DNA of 64,000 nt, from NCBI GenBank assembly GCA_033763845.1, contig JANRJR010000070.1:9718-73717 (forward strand), read 5' to 3'. This document shows, one piece after another, positions 38,046 through 47,985 of the stretch; position 1 is the stretch's first letter, and each line of letters opens with the position of its first letter. A program made the translations under genes and the position numbers. The notes beneath the pieces were generated by a model. That model saw only the letters and a program-made list of their open reading frames with translations, did not search any database and was not told the DNA's origin. The DNA is from Gammaproteobacteria bacterium (GTDB lineage Bacteria; Pseudomonadota; Gammaproteobacteria; DASZBR01).

Positions 38046-41024
38046 TCACCGTGTTTTTCTTACTACAGTCACAGCCTCCTCGACTCGCGTAATTGCAGAA
38101 AGGCTTGTTTTAAAATTACCGTGTATTTTAACCAACGTAGCCAATGTTTCATTCGACTTTCCAGGAAGTTTGCTTACCTCAAAAAAGCGCTTCTCCTGCT
38201 GGGCTACAAATTTATTTACCCCACAGACTTTTTGTTTTTTATCACAGGGTTCTAACGTACTCGCAATACGCTTCGCTTCAAATCGCATTTTGGCAATCAT
38301 GGAAATGATAGAATGAACTTCTGGCTGAGATTTAAGATAATTCTGACTATCCTCGTCCATTTTTTTTAAGTCTTTATCTTCAAACGATTGAGTTTTGACC
38401 ATTTCTCCTATGGTATTTTCTAAACTATCTTCGGCTGACTCATCATCTTTGATCTCTTGAACATGCTCCTTCAAGAACTTCATCAATTCTTGACCTAATT
38501 TAGTAAAATCATTATCGACGGCCAGTTGCAATGCAAAAGGCATCGTTTTGATAACAAATAACAATCCCTCCTTTGCAAGACTTTCTAACGCATTAAAATC
38601 CGTTCCTGATTCTCGCAGAGACTTCATTTTTTCGACACGCTCCGACAATTCAACCCCAGATATTGCGATTAAAACATCTTCAATTTGGGCAGATTTTTGA
38701 TGCAGCATGGCTAATTCAGCAGGGCTGACTCTTTGTTTATCGCCAATCCCTATCCACTGGCAAAAATACTCAATGACACGCTCAGCAAGCGCTTCTCTTA
38801 CCAAAGGATGTGTAAAGGCAGGTGACATGGAAAGGGGTTTTTCAAAACATCGTTGGGCTTCTAGGAGATACGCCCCACTTTTAGCTAAACGATCCTTAAC
38901 GTTATCGTCATTTAATTCTTCATCAGAACTGGTAATGTCTTTATGAAGAGCCCATAACTGATCACCTTTCTTTCGCCATGCACTCAAATAATTTGGATCT
39001 AACTCAATCGCCTGACTGTAATGTCGAAGGGCTTCTTCAGGGATTCTGGCTCTGTCGCCAAGCCTACATAACTCAATCGCGGCAACTCTTTTTTCATCTG
39101 ATTTTAACTGTCTACGCATCGCCATTTCTTTGTAGCTATTAAGAAAACATGCCATACGTCTCAGCTTTTCAGCATCCCTTTCGCCTGCCAATTCTCGCTT
39201 AAAACTTTCCTTCATTGCGTAGTAAATGGCTTTCATTTCTTTAATATACTTAGCATAATTTTCAGATTTCAACGCATTGAGGCCAATTTCTAGATAATCG
39301 AATGCATTCGCTGTTTCCTGTAAATTTGGCACGTTCCCATTATAGAATGGCTCTAGCAAAGCTTCTTCATGCCGTTCTATGTCAGCTTTTTCTTCATTTT
39401 CCTCATCTCGGGCCTTTATGATACTTAAACGCCTCTCAACCAATGTTTTTTGTTCTTGAAATGCTTGCTTCAAGGATTGGATTTTTGATCTAACTCCTTC
39501 TTTCTGTGAAGAAGGCTTGCTGAAAAACTCGTCCAACTTCGCCAAATTAGATTCTATGTCACGCACGAAAGCTTGCGGTTGGAAGCCTTCTTGAAGTTGT
39601 TGCGAGTCGCGCTTTTCATCCAACTCTCCTTTCATTTTCGCCAAGACTTCGACTTTTTCTTTCACCAACTCCAATCGCTGCTCGAGAAAACTACGCCGAA
39701 TAGTTTCTAAAAATAAAACGGTTTTTCGTGTATAAAATCTTCTTAGCCCTCTTTGACAAGCCTTAATTTCATTCTCTATTTCCTGATCTTTCGTTTCAAA
39801 TTCCTTTTCTGCAAGCGCTAAATTTGGGAGCCGTTCAGAAAATGGGGCAAAAACATCTTTTTGAAGTTTCACTTTTTTAAGGGCTGCATCAATTCTTGCT
39901 TGACCACTATAATCTTCAACCCATTTCAGCCGTATATTTACCCAATAAAACAAAAAATTGGGTATCAAACGACGTTTCGGCACTAATTCACTTACTTCAT
40001 ATCGTTTAGCCAAATTTTCCTTTAAGCTTAATTCATCTGACGCAACACCGCCGAACCAGGGTAATTCAAATAACTTTTTGCGCGCTACTTCATCTCCATG
40101 CGAGTCAACGATCAAATGAAACCGAATAAATTGTTCTTGTAATAGTTCATCTCCTTTAATTTGCGGAGTAGTAAAACTTTCTTTGAGAAGTCCTTTCGAC
40201 TTTAATACACCCACAAATCGGCATAAAACGTCTGCATTTCGAAGGGTTGGATCGGATGCAGCGATAGAAAGACGCGCAAGAATATGGGCCACGATATCAT
40301 CACGTTCTTTTTTATAAACAGCCTCTTGTGCATCAAGATACGCTTCCCAGTCTTGCAAAATGGAAAGCGGGATCTTATTAAAAACACGGCGCCGTTTCGC
40401 AGACTCGTATTCTTTTCTGGCTTGTTCTAATACCAAAGCGATTGCTAATAAAATATCGTATGCTGCCAAAAGAGAAGCATGTGCGTGCGTACAAAATCTT
40501 CCATGTTGTTGTAGCGCCGCTTGAATTTCTTCTAGTTGACGTTTTTTAACTTGATTGTCTTCTGCAATTTTTTCAAATTTTTCCCAAAGCTCCTTACTTA
40601 ATAAAGATTCCACAGTATCTTGTTTGCTTTGGAATTGAGCTTGCGCATGCTGATCTTCACGTCGCACTCCTAATCCATCTCTGACTTCTTTACCCAATTC
40701 AGATACTGATTTTTGAGATTTTCCAGGGGATTTTGTACCTATTGATGCCACAAACTCATTAACAGAGTGTTTTAAGTTTGTCGCTATTTGCCGACTAAAT
40801 TCAGTTATCCCCGTATGATGAAACTTTGAATTTTTATAAGAATCAAAACCTTTCTGCAAAATTTCTTGCGTGAATTCTGGCGATAATGTGAACACCCCAA
40901 ACGTTTCATCAATGCTGATTGGCTTAGATTCACCCTGAGGGGTAGCGTTATACTTTCTAATAGCTCGCTTTAAATCAAAAATTTCAAATCCCATAACTCT
41001 GTTCCTTTTCCAGGTGGAACTCAA
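38046..41024 (-). CDS. large coiled-coil / TPR-containing hypothetical protein
   Basis: 992 aa with long heptad regions and a TPR-like segment (ALRHYSQAIELDPNYLSAWRKKGDQL). Confidence 0.5.
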   Translation of the reverse strand: MSSTWKRNRVMGFEIFDLKRAIRKYNATPQGESKPISIDETFGVFTLSPEFTQEILQKGFDSYKNSKFHHTGITEFSRQIATNLKHSVNEFVASIGTKSPGKSQKSVSELGKEVRDGLGVRREDQHAQAQFQSKQDTVESLLSKELWEKFEKIAEDNQVKKRQLEEIQAALQQHGRFCTHAHASLLAAYDILLAIALVLEQARKEYESAKRRRVFNKIPLSILQDWEAYLDAQEAVYKKERDDIVAHILARLSIAASDPTLRNADVLCRFVGVLKSKGLLKESFTTPQIKGDELLQEQFIRFHLIVDSHGDEVARKKLFELPWFGGVASDELSLKENLAKRYEVSELVPKRRLIPNFLFYWVNIRLKWVEDYSGQARIDAALKKVKLQKDVFAPFSERLPNLALAEKEFETKDQEIENEIKACQRGLRRFYTRKTVLFLETIRRSFLEQRLELVKEKVEVLAKMKGELDEKRDSQQLQEGFQPQAFVRDIESNLAKLDEFFSKPSSQKEGVRSKIQSLKQAFQEQKTLVERRLSIIKARDEENEEKADIERHEEALLEPFYNGNVPNLQETANAFDYLEIGLNALKSENYAKYIKEMKAIYYAMKESFKRELAGERDAEKLRRMACFLNSYKEMAMRRQLKSDEKRVAAIELCRLGDRARIPEEALRHYSQAIELDPNYLSAWRKKGDQLWALHKDITSSDEELNDDNVKDRLAKSGAYLLEAQRCFEKPLSMSPAFTHPLVREALAERVIEYFCQWIGIGDKQRVSPAELAMLHQKSAQIEDVLIAISGVELSERVEKMKSLRESGTDFNALESLAKEGLLFVIKTMPFALQLAVDNDFTKLGQELMKFLKEHVQEIKDDESAEDSLENTIGEMVKTQSFEDKDLKKMDEDSQNYLKSQPEVHSIISMIAKMRFEAKRIASTLEPCDKKQKVCGVNKFVAQQEKRFFEVSKLPGKSNETLATLVKIHGNFKTSLSAITRVEEAVTVVRKTR

Positions 41025-41151
41025 AGAATTTTATCAAAACACTACTGTAAAAGCAGTAAAAACTGCAAGAGTTTGAAACTCTAGCAACTTCTGGACCGTC
41101 TTAAGCTTCTTACAGATTAAGCTTGCCTCTTCTCGTGTACATATCAAGCAA

Positions 41152-41352
41152 TCAATACTGAGGAACAATAGTGCTTATGGAGCTTTTATAGATAGCTTGT
41201 TTTACAACACCATCAAGCCAAATTACTGTCTCATCCTGTCCTACCAAAACTCCTTTAAGCTTAATTCCATGCTTTAAAAAGACGGCAAGCTCCACCCGAT
41301 CTGCAATTAATTTTTCAATGAACTGATGCTCTATGGAAATACGTTTTGACAT
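41152..41352 (-). CDS. hfq: Hfq-like Sm-fold RNA chaperone paralog
   Basis: Sm1 GIKLKGVLVGQDETVIWL and Sm2 YKSSISTIVP align with Hfq GIKLQGQIESFDQFVILL / YKHAISTVVP. Confidence 0.7.
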   Translation of the reverse strand: MSKRISIEHQFIEKLIADRVELAVFLKHGIKLKGVLVGQDETVIWLDGVVKQAIYKSSISTIVPQY

Positions 41353-41779
41353 AATGAGGTCCCTCTCATTTATAAGGCTAGCGCAGTAATATTAAAGTCT
41401 TTTAGGGTTAATTTGAAAGAAGCATACACAGAATTTCGCTCATATCCAACGCACACCCCATGCATAATTCTTACCCCTCAAAAAAAGCCCGATAATCAAC
41501 CGTTCTCCGCCGTAAAACATTAGCAACTATATCTTGTCCCATTAGCAATGAAATTTAAGTTTGTACAGTTTAAGAATCCAACCAATAAAATTCTTTCATC
41601 AAATTTTGATGTATGTTAGGATAGTTACCAACTGTTACGTAATTCAGATCTCCTAGAAAAATATACAAAAACTTTGAATCACTGCCGTAACAAAACTCAT
41701 CACACTAATACACAAAAAAGGCTCACACTAATTATCATCAAAAGCTTCAACAACAACTTTGATATTAGCAGGAATAAAA

Positions 41780-42514
41780 ATGGACATTAGCACTGATGAA
41801 AATATTTTATTCAAAACAGACACAATAACGAAAAAAAACCTGTGTGAACTAAATAGTTTCTTAGACGAATGGGATCAACGCTACAAATTGCAAGCGCAAA
41901 GCATTCCCCTGTTTATAGAAACAGAAAATCGCGGCTGGAACATTAAACAGAAAAAATTTTTTGCGAGGGCTTTTTATCATGTTCGCGGACATTTTCATGA
42001 CTTCTTATGGTACTTAGGTAACCACGCTCCCGACAAAAGATCGAAAGAAGTTATTCTGCATAATTTAATGGAAGAATTTGGTGGGCAAGCCCAATCACAT
42101 GAGAAACTGTACATCCATTTTGCTAAAAGTTTGGACGTACAAGACATAAACGATGAAATTCTTGAACAGACGACCTATCTTCCATTTATCAAAGAGTTCA
42201 ATAAAGGCCATTTAAGTCGTCTTTATACCCACTCCTGGCACGACAATTTAGCAATCTTCTCAGCCTATGAGAGATTGGACAATATTGATTACACCAACCT
42301 AATGACATTAGTAAAAAACTGGGGTATTCCCGATAAAGATAGTGTATTCTTCAAAGTTCATATGTTAGTTGAGCACTTTGAAACAACGCTCTCGACTCTC
42401 TTGTCCATTTGGACAATAAATAAGCAAACAGTTATTGATGCGTTTAATTTCATAGCCTCTCATCAACTACAAATGTGGAAGAATTTATCAGCGGCTGTGG
42501 TGGAATATTCATGA
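41780..42514 (+). CDS. heme-oxygenase-like fold protein (TenA/PqqC / iron-containing redox enzyme family)
   Basis: FYHVRGHFHDFLWYLGNHAPD...HNLMEEFGG...SHEKLY pattern of His/Glu-rich helices. Family-level guess only. Confidence 0.5.
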   Translation: MDISTDENILFKTDTITKKNLCELNSFLDEWDQRYKLQAQSIPLFIETENRGWNIKQKKFFARAFYHVRGHFHDFLWYLGNHAPDKRSKEVILHNLMEEFGGQAQSHEKLYIHFAKSLDVQDINDEILEQTTYLPFIKEFNKGHLSRLYTHSWHDNLAIFSAYERLDNIDYTNLMTLVKNWGIPDKDSVFFKVHMLVEHFETTLSTLLSIWTINKQTVIDAFNFIASHQLQMWKNLSAAVVEYS

Positions 42515-42620
42515 GGGCTCGAGTTTGCGACGCAATTTATTTTTTTTAACGTGTATTTTTAGATTTATTGCAAAAAAAACCGAGGATGCCGATCTTCAAC
42601 TCGTGCCTTTTGGCGTCGTT

Positions 42621-43826
42621 ATGTTTATCAATTTTTTTCTTTATTACATTATCTGGCTAAAATTCAATCAACAAACCTATGAAAATTTATTTCTCCGCGC
42701 TACAGCTTCCACACTTTGTTTGATACTTTCTTTAAAAAACTATTGGCCAAAAAGTTTTACAAAATTCCTACCCGTTTACTGGTATTTCACCGCAGGATTC
42801 TGTCTTCCTTTTTTCTTTGTATTGATGACAATTAAAAACCACGGTTCGACCATATGGCTAATGAATTGTGTTTCCGCTCTCTTCTTTTTGATGTTGCTAT
42901 TTGATCTGTTAAGCGCTTTATTCCTCATACTTTTGGGAGGGTTTGTAGCCTATTTGAGTTTTATCTCGACTACACAAGAAGCTTTTTATTTTAACCCGGG
43001 AGATGTAAACGCTTTGGGGATTATCGCTACGATGGGAGCCGCATTTATTATCGGAGGGATTTTTACCCACAATAAACAACTCATTCAAAACGCAAAATTA
43101 AACGGAATGATGGCTGCAGGCGCCAATATTGCGCATGAACTCCGAACTCCATTAGGTTCTATCACCAATGGCATAAAGGGAATAAAACGCTATTTTCCTG
43201 CTTTTTTAGATAGTTACCGCATCGCCAAAGAACACCATTTAGACATCCCGGAAATTCGCCCGGATCACTTCGAAACTTTAGCTACTTTATTAGACGATGT
43301 TGAATCAGAAACTGAATATTCCAACACTGTTATTAATATGCTTCTGGTCAAAGTAAAACATTCTGATATGAATTTTTCTGCAACAGAAGAGTGCACCATA
43401 TCACAATGTGTTCAAAAAGCTTTAGAAAGATATCCTTTTGCCTCAGACAAACAAAATCAATTAATTCATTGGGACGACTCTAATGATTTTACATTTAAGG
43501 GTAATCAGATGCTAATGACTCATGTTTTATTTAATCTGATAAAAAACTCTTTGTACTTCATAGATGAAGCTCGTAAAGGCGAGATTCATATCTGGGCCAA
43601 AACGGGTAAAAAATACAACCATCTCCACTTTAAGGACACTGGCAAAGGTATTCCGAAAAACATCCTCCCTAAATTATTTACCCGCTTCTTTAGCACCTCT
43701 GCAAATGGGACAGGGTTGGGGCTGACCTTCTGTAAAATGGTTATGGAAGGCTTCGGGGGCTCCATCCTTTGCCATTCTATTGAGAATGAATACACTGAAT
43801 TTACCCTTCGTTTTCCAAAAATCTAG
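42621..43826 (+). CDS. sensor histidine kinase
   Basis: Multi-TM N-terminus, H-box ANIAHELRTPLGSI and G2 box GTGLGLTFC. Start uncertain: TTG at 42525 or ATG at 42621. Confidence 0.75.
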   Translation: MFINFFLYYIIWLKFNQQTYENLFLRATASTLCLILSLKNYWPKSFTKFLPVYWYFTAGFCLPFFFVLMTIKNHGSTIWLMNCVSALFFLMLLFDLLSALFLILLGGFVAYLSFISTTQEAFYFNPGDVNALGIIATMGAAFIIGGIFTHNKQLIQNAKLNGMMAAGANIAHELRTPLGSITNGIKGIKRYFPAFLDSYRIAKEHHLDIPEIRPDHFETLATLLDDVESETEYSNTVINMLLVKVKHSDMNFSATEECTISQCVQKALERYPFASDKQNQLIHWDDSNDFTFKGNQMLMTHVLFNLIKNSLYFIDEARKGEIHIWAKTGKKYNHLHFKDTGKGIPKNILPKLFTRFFSTSANGTGLGLTFCKMVMEGFGGSILCHSIENEYTEFTLRFPKI

Positions 43827-43879
43827 TCAAATCCCGTCAAACCATGATGTAATAGTCTTTTTTGATGCTAGGGACTCTC

Positions 43880-44908
43880 ATGATCACGACAAACGGAATA
43901 TCAGCATACTACTACCCTACCTTGGCAGTTCTAGTTGATGATAGCGAACGATTTCTAACAACAATCAGTCTGCAATTAGATACAAACCTTGCTTACGTCA
44001 CCTTTAGTGATCCAGAACAAGCACTAAAATTTGTTACCCAAAAAACTCCAAATTCATTAGCCGAAAAATGTTTGGCTGAAAATGGGGAAGCTGGTAATTT
44101 TGGAGTTCAATCTACTGAACATGACGTCAAACTTAATTTATCAAAACTGTACCAGCAAATTTATAACGCCGAACGCTTTAATGAAACTTCAGTCATTGTG
44201 GTTGATTATTCAATGCCGAACATGAATGGCATGAAATTTTGCAAAAGTATTCGTGAATTAAATAAATCAATAAAAATAATTTTATTAACTGGTGAAGCAG
44301 ATGAAGGGAAAGGTGTTGAAATGTTCAATGCTGAGCTTATTCATCGATTCATTTCGAAAAATTCGCCTGGATTCGGAGAACAAGTTAGTAGTGCTATTGC
44401 TGAATTGCAACGAAACTACTTTGAATCACAATCAAAGCTTATTATACAAAATTTATCTACAAAAGCTTCTTCCTGCCTGCATGAAACAACCTTTATAAAA
44501 GTATTTCATGAAATTATTCGTAAACATAGAATTGTTGAATACTACCTTATTGAAAATACAGGCAGTTTTCTTTTGCTAAAATTTGATGGCACTCCAATTT
44601 GGCTCCTGGTTTCAAGCGACACAGAGCTTCAAGAATATTGCGACATTGCAAAAGATTATCATGCGCCACCTGAGATACTAAAACTCTTAAAAGAAGGCCA
44701 AAAGATTCCTTATTTTAAAAATCCTGATGAATACATGAAAATGTCAGGTGTACATTGGGAAGCGCATTTACATACTGCTCAAAAAATCCAAGGGGAAAAT
44801 ACAACTTATTACTACGCGCTCGTAAAAGAAGAAGAGTTGTTTCCAATTGAAAAGGAAAACGTTCTCTCCTACAAAGAGTACATGGAAACAGTCTGGCCAC
44901 CTATTTGA
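43880..44908 (+). CDS. response regulator (REC domain plus ~200-aa C-terminal domain of unknown type)
   Basis: LAVLVDDS ... VIVVDYSMPNMNG ... KIILLTG receiver motifs. The C-terminal half has no HTH that I recognise. Confidence 0.65.
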   Translation: MITTNGISAYYYPTLAVLVDDSERFLTTISLQLDTNLAYVTFSDPEQALKFVTQKTPNSLAEKCLAENGEAGNFGVQSTEHDVKLNLSKLYQQIYNAERFNETSVIVVDYSMPNMNGMKFCKSIRELNKSIKIILLTGEADEGKGVEMFNAELIHRFISKNSPGFGEQVSSAIAELQRNYFESQSKLIIQNLSTKASSCLHETTFIKVFHEIIRKHRIVEYYLIENTGSFLLLKFDGTPIWLLVSSDTELQEYCDIAKDYHAPPEILKLLKEGQKIPYFKNPDEYMKMSGVHWEAHLHTAQKIQGENTTYYYALVKEEELFPIEKENVLSYKEYMETVWPPI

Positions 44909-44915
44909 AAAAGAT

Positions 44916-45665
44916 TTACTTCGAAACTTTAATACGATGCCATATCACTGGGGCAGCATACACCAGCTCAACATCGTACAAAATTGGAGTCTGTAACGCT
45001 GTTTGAGTATTCAGACAAATAAGATTGTAATGTCCAGGTTTGCTTCCCAAACGCAGTTGGCGCACGCTGTTCTCACCATTTTGAGTTTCAATAATGCAGT
45101 TTTTTCCTGCTGCCTCTGTAATTTCTTCATCGTAATATCTAATGCCTGCTACATAGTCACCCTGTTTATAAAATGGTTCCATTCCATCATCCACAATTTC
45201 CAAATAAATTGCTTCATCATGTAAATTACAAAAAGCTGCCAATTCAGTTTGTATACTTTCAACATCGGTTTTATTTTTCTTCTTACTTTTAAATGGCTGC
45301 CGTTCAATATTTTCTATGGCGCCTTGTAACTCTCCATTTTCAAATAATTTACTCACCACTCCGTCCGGCCCATTCCCCACTCCTTGTAAAAGCCAGCCCA
45401 CACTGCATCGAATACCTTCACTTCTTAAGGCCAGGAGTATTCGCTTAGCTCCTTGCTCAGTTAAGCCAGTGTGGATTCCGTCTTCCCAAGAGCGAAGCGT
45501 ATTGGCACTGATGTTATATTTATTTTCAAATGCTTTACGCGATGAAAAACCTGCCATAAGCCGTAAACGCTTTAAGCGTTCACCCCGCTCTGCTTTCGAT
45601 GACATAGCTTCGTTCACTGAAGTTTGACTAACTTTTGTCGTTTTTTTGCGTTTCATTTCCGGCAT
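44916..45665 (-). CDS. XRE-family HTH / S24 (LexA/cI-like) regulator
   Basis: HTH (RLKRLRLMAGFSSRKAFENKYNISANTLRSWEDG) and S24-like C-terminus (EIVDDGMEPFYKQGDYVAG...VRQLRLG). Confidence 0.7.
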   Translation of the reverse strand: MPEMKRKKTTKVSQTSVNEAMSSKAERGERLKRLRLMAGFSSRKAFENKYNISANTLRSWEDGIHTGLTEQGAKRILLALRSEGIRCSVGWLLQGVGNGPDGVVSKLFENGELQGAIENIERQPFKSKKKNKTDVESIQTELAAFCNLHDEAIYLEIVDDGMEPFYKQGDYVAGIRYYDEEITEAAGKNCIIETQNGENSVRQLRLGSKPGHYNLICLNTQTALQTPILYDVELVYAAPVIWHRIKVSK

Positions 45666-45703
45666 ATCGACCCAATAACCCTATAGTAGTGGCCTCTCAA
45701 CAC

Positions 45704-45720
45704 TCATCAAAATTTGATGA
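45704..45720. promoter_or_regulatory. palindrome tcatcaaa-a-tttgatga; the acactcatcaa half-site recurs 30 bp downstream
   Basis: Lies in the divergent region between the cI-like gene (minus) and the CheY-like gene (plus). A second acactcatcaa is at 45731-45742. Confidence 0.3.
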
Positions 45721-45893
45721 AATAAACATTGACACTCATCAATGTTGGATATATTATGAGCGTCATAGCTGGGCTGCAACCCAACTATGACAAGGTTGAG
45801 GCAATGCTTACTAGGCTTTTCCTCGGTGGGTAGTATTGCATATTACCTCGCCTCAAGGAATGCGTTTTGCCTCATTGTAATAGGCTTTGAGCA

Positions 45894-46322
45894 ATGGGAA
45901 AGAATATGGAAATTAGCACTTCAAGACAAAAACAGGCGTTGGTTGTTGAAGACAACGCCATGATTCAAAAGATTCACTCAGCATTTCTAAAATCGTTTAA
46001 CTACGGGGTCACCGCAGTAAGAACAGGCGAAGAAGCCATTATCATTCTTAAAAGCAATGCTACTTTCGATGTCATCCTCCTAGATATCAATTTACCCCAA
46101 ATTAACGGCTATGAAGTTAGCCGCATTATTCGAGAGGAACTAAAAGATATATCTACCCCAATCATGGGAGTAAGCACTAATACAGCTAGTGAAATTCGAG
46201 ATAAATGTTTGTCCGCAGGAATAAATGAAATTTATACCAAACCTATTCTGCAAGAAACGATAAATAATTTTTTACAAACATATGGAGCCAAAACCAATTC
46301 AGGGCCAGCAATCCAGCGTTAG
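45894..46322 (+). CDS. single-domain response regulator (CheY-like receiver)
   Basis: ALVVEDNAMIQ ... VILLDINLPQINGYEV ... TKP. Confidence 0.8.
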   Translation: MGKNMEISTSRQKQALVVEDNAMIQKIHSAFLKSFNYGVTAVRTGEEAIIILKSNATFDVILLDINLPQINGYEVSRIIREELKDISTPIMGVSTNTASEIRDKCLSAGINEIYTKPILQETINNFLQTYGAKTNSGPAIQR

Positions 46323-46422
46323 TCCTAGAGTATAATAGCAATAATCATTTTTGTAGCGATAATTAAGGAGTTAGAACATCAAGCACTCTAACTCCTGATT
46401 ATTAAAATACTATTAATACTTT

Positions 46423-47046
46423 ATGAGAAAAATGAAAATGAAAATTTTTGAAATACGTAAAAAAAATCTCAGTCTACTCGTTGAAGAAACGGGTGGGATT
46501 ACGGCATTGGCTAAACACCTAAAAAAATCACAGAGCCAAATTAGCCAACTACTTATGAAGAAGTCTACTAGAAAAATCGGCGATAAATTAGCCATTAGCA
46601 TTGAAAAGCACTTCAAAAAACCACGCGGCTGGCTAGATCTAGAAAATGTTCACATACAATATTCTGTTGTGCCCCTAATTAAATGGACAGAGATTACCAA
46701 AGATATCAAACATTCTTTAGCCAACAACCAGTTAATTGCTACACAACCGCGCGTAAGTTCTAAATCATTCGCATTACAAATCTTTAATGACACAATGGAA
46801 TCAACTCATAGCATTTCATTTCCTAAGCATTCTATTGTTATTGTTGATCCCGAAAAACCTGCAGAACCAGACTCATTTGCTATTGTTCAAGATGGAAAAA
46901 GCAATTCAGCCATTTTGAGACAGTTGATTTTCGAGGGAAATCACATTTATCTGAAACCCTTGAATCCCCTTTACCCTCTTACAAAACTAAACAAAAAACC
47001 TGTTGTTTATGGCGTAGTATGCGGAATACGTCTAGCGATTGAATAG
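46423..47046 (+). CDS. XRE-family HTH / S24-like regulator
   Basis: HTH (GITALAKHLKKSQSQISQLL) and S24-like C-terminus (IVIVDPEKPAEPDSFAIVQDG...LRQLIFEGNHIYLKPLNP). Confidence 0.65.
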   Translation: MRKMKMKIFEIRKKNLSLLVEETGGITALAKHLKKSQSQISQLLMKKSTRKIGDKLAISIEKHFKKPRGWLDLENVHIQYSVVPLIKWTEITKDIKHSLANNQLIATQPRVSSKSFALQIFNDTMESTHSISFPKHSIVIVDPEKPAEPDSFAIVQDGKSNSAILRQLIFEGNHIYLKPLNPLYPLTKLNKKPVVYGVVCGIRLAIE

Positions 47047-47054
47047 GAATTAAA

Positions 47055-47255
47055 ATGATTATTATAAAGTTTTTTTGCACAGGTTTTCAGATTGGCATTT
47101 CACGAGTTAAAGCTGGAAACAAAAAATTCTGGTCTGCGAAAATATTCGATAAAAATAAGAATTTTGTAAAACAATTTTATGACACAACCCAAGAACATAC
47201 AAAAATAAAAGCTTTGGAATGGGTCGAAAGTAAAAAGCAATATCAGAAAATTTAA
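47055..47255 (+). CDS. small hypothetical protein
   Basis: 66-aa ORF, 9 nt after the regulator stop. Confidence 0.3.
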   Translation: MIIIKFFCTGFQIGISRVKAGNKKFWSAKIFDKNKNFVKQFYDTTQEHTKIKALEWVESKKQYQKI

Positions 47256-47298
47256 ATTAAAATATTTTTTTATACTAAAGAGAAGAGGTAATACGAGT

Positions 47299-47964
47299 AT
47301 GTTTATAATTATAGCAGGAGTTGTAGTTTTTTTTGCTGGTGTATTGGTATTAACGTTGGGAATTTCTGCCATCGTTAAACTGATTCAAAAAGAATACAAG
47401 CTTAATAAAGCAATTAAAGAGATGAATGGCGAAGATCCTTATAATGCATTGTATGAAAGTGACAATTTATATGCCTGTGTTGAACGTGATCATCTCAAAG
47501 ATGTTATTGAGAGAGAAAATGTCGCGCGTCACGAACATGGATTTTTAGGAAGAGTTAAAGATTTCTTTTCCAATGAGAAAAAAGAATCTTCTAAATTACT
47601 AAAAGAAATTTATAGCGTTAAAACACAGGTGATTAAACAGGACGCTACTGATCCAGAAATAAATTCTTTAGAAAAAGACATTAATCAGCAATCCTTATCC
47701 AAGGCGAAATCGGCCTATCGGATTCTTAAATCGCAACGAGGTCGAGAACTATTTCAAAAAAATTTATTGAATAAACCGCGGCGAGCAGCTCATACATCGG
47801 ATCAAGAAGAACACGTTGGTGAAACGATGAACACGGCAAAACACCACAGAAAAAATGCGTATCAATTTCAAGTAAAAACGACACGCATACAACGACTGTT
47901 TGAATTCTTCAAAGATATTGGGCGTCCTAAACAATATCAACCCACGAAAAGATTTAAGGTTTAG
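47299..47964 (+). CDS. hypothetical membrane-anchored protein
   Basis: N-terminal TM helix followed by a charged coiled region. Confidence 0.45.
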   Translation: MFIIIAGVVVFFAGVLVLTLGISAIVKLIQKEYKLNKAIKEMNGEDPYNALYESDNLYACVERDHLKDVIERENVARHEHGFLGRVKDFFSNEKKESSKLLKEIYSVKTQVIKQDATDPEINSLEKDINQQSLSKAKSAYRILKSQRGRELFQKNLLNKPRRAAHTSDQEEHVGETMNTAKHHRKNAYQFQVKTTRIQRLFEFFKDIGRPKQYQPTKRFKV

Positions 47965-47985
47965 GTAAAGATAACGGAGACTAAT

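Noticed and set aside
42525-42620. TTG start for the histidine kinase 96 nt upstream of the first ATG
   Set aside because: Possible but unsupported by an RBS. The ATG at 42621 was used for the feature and the alternative is noted.
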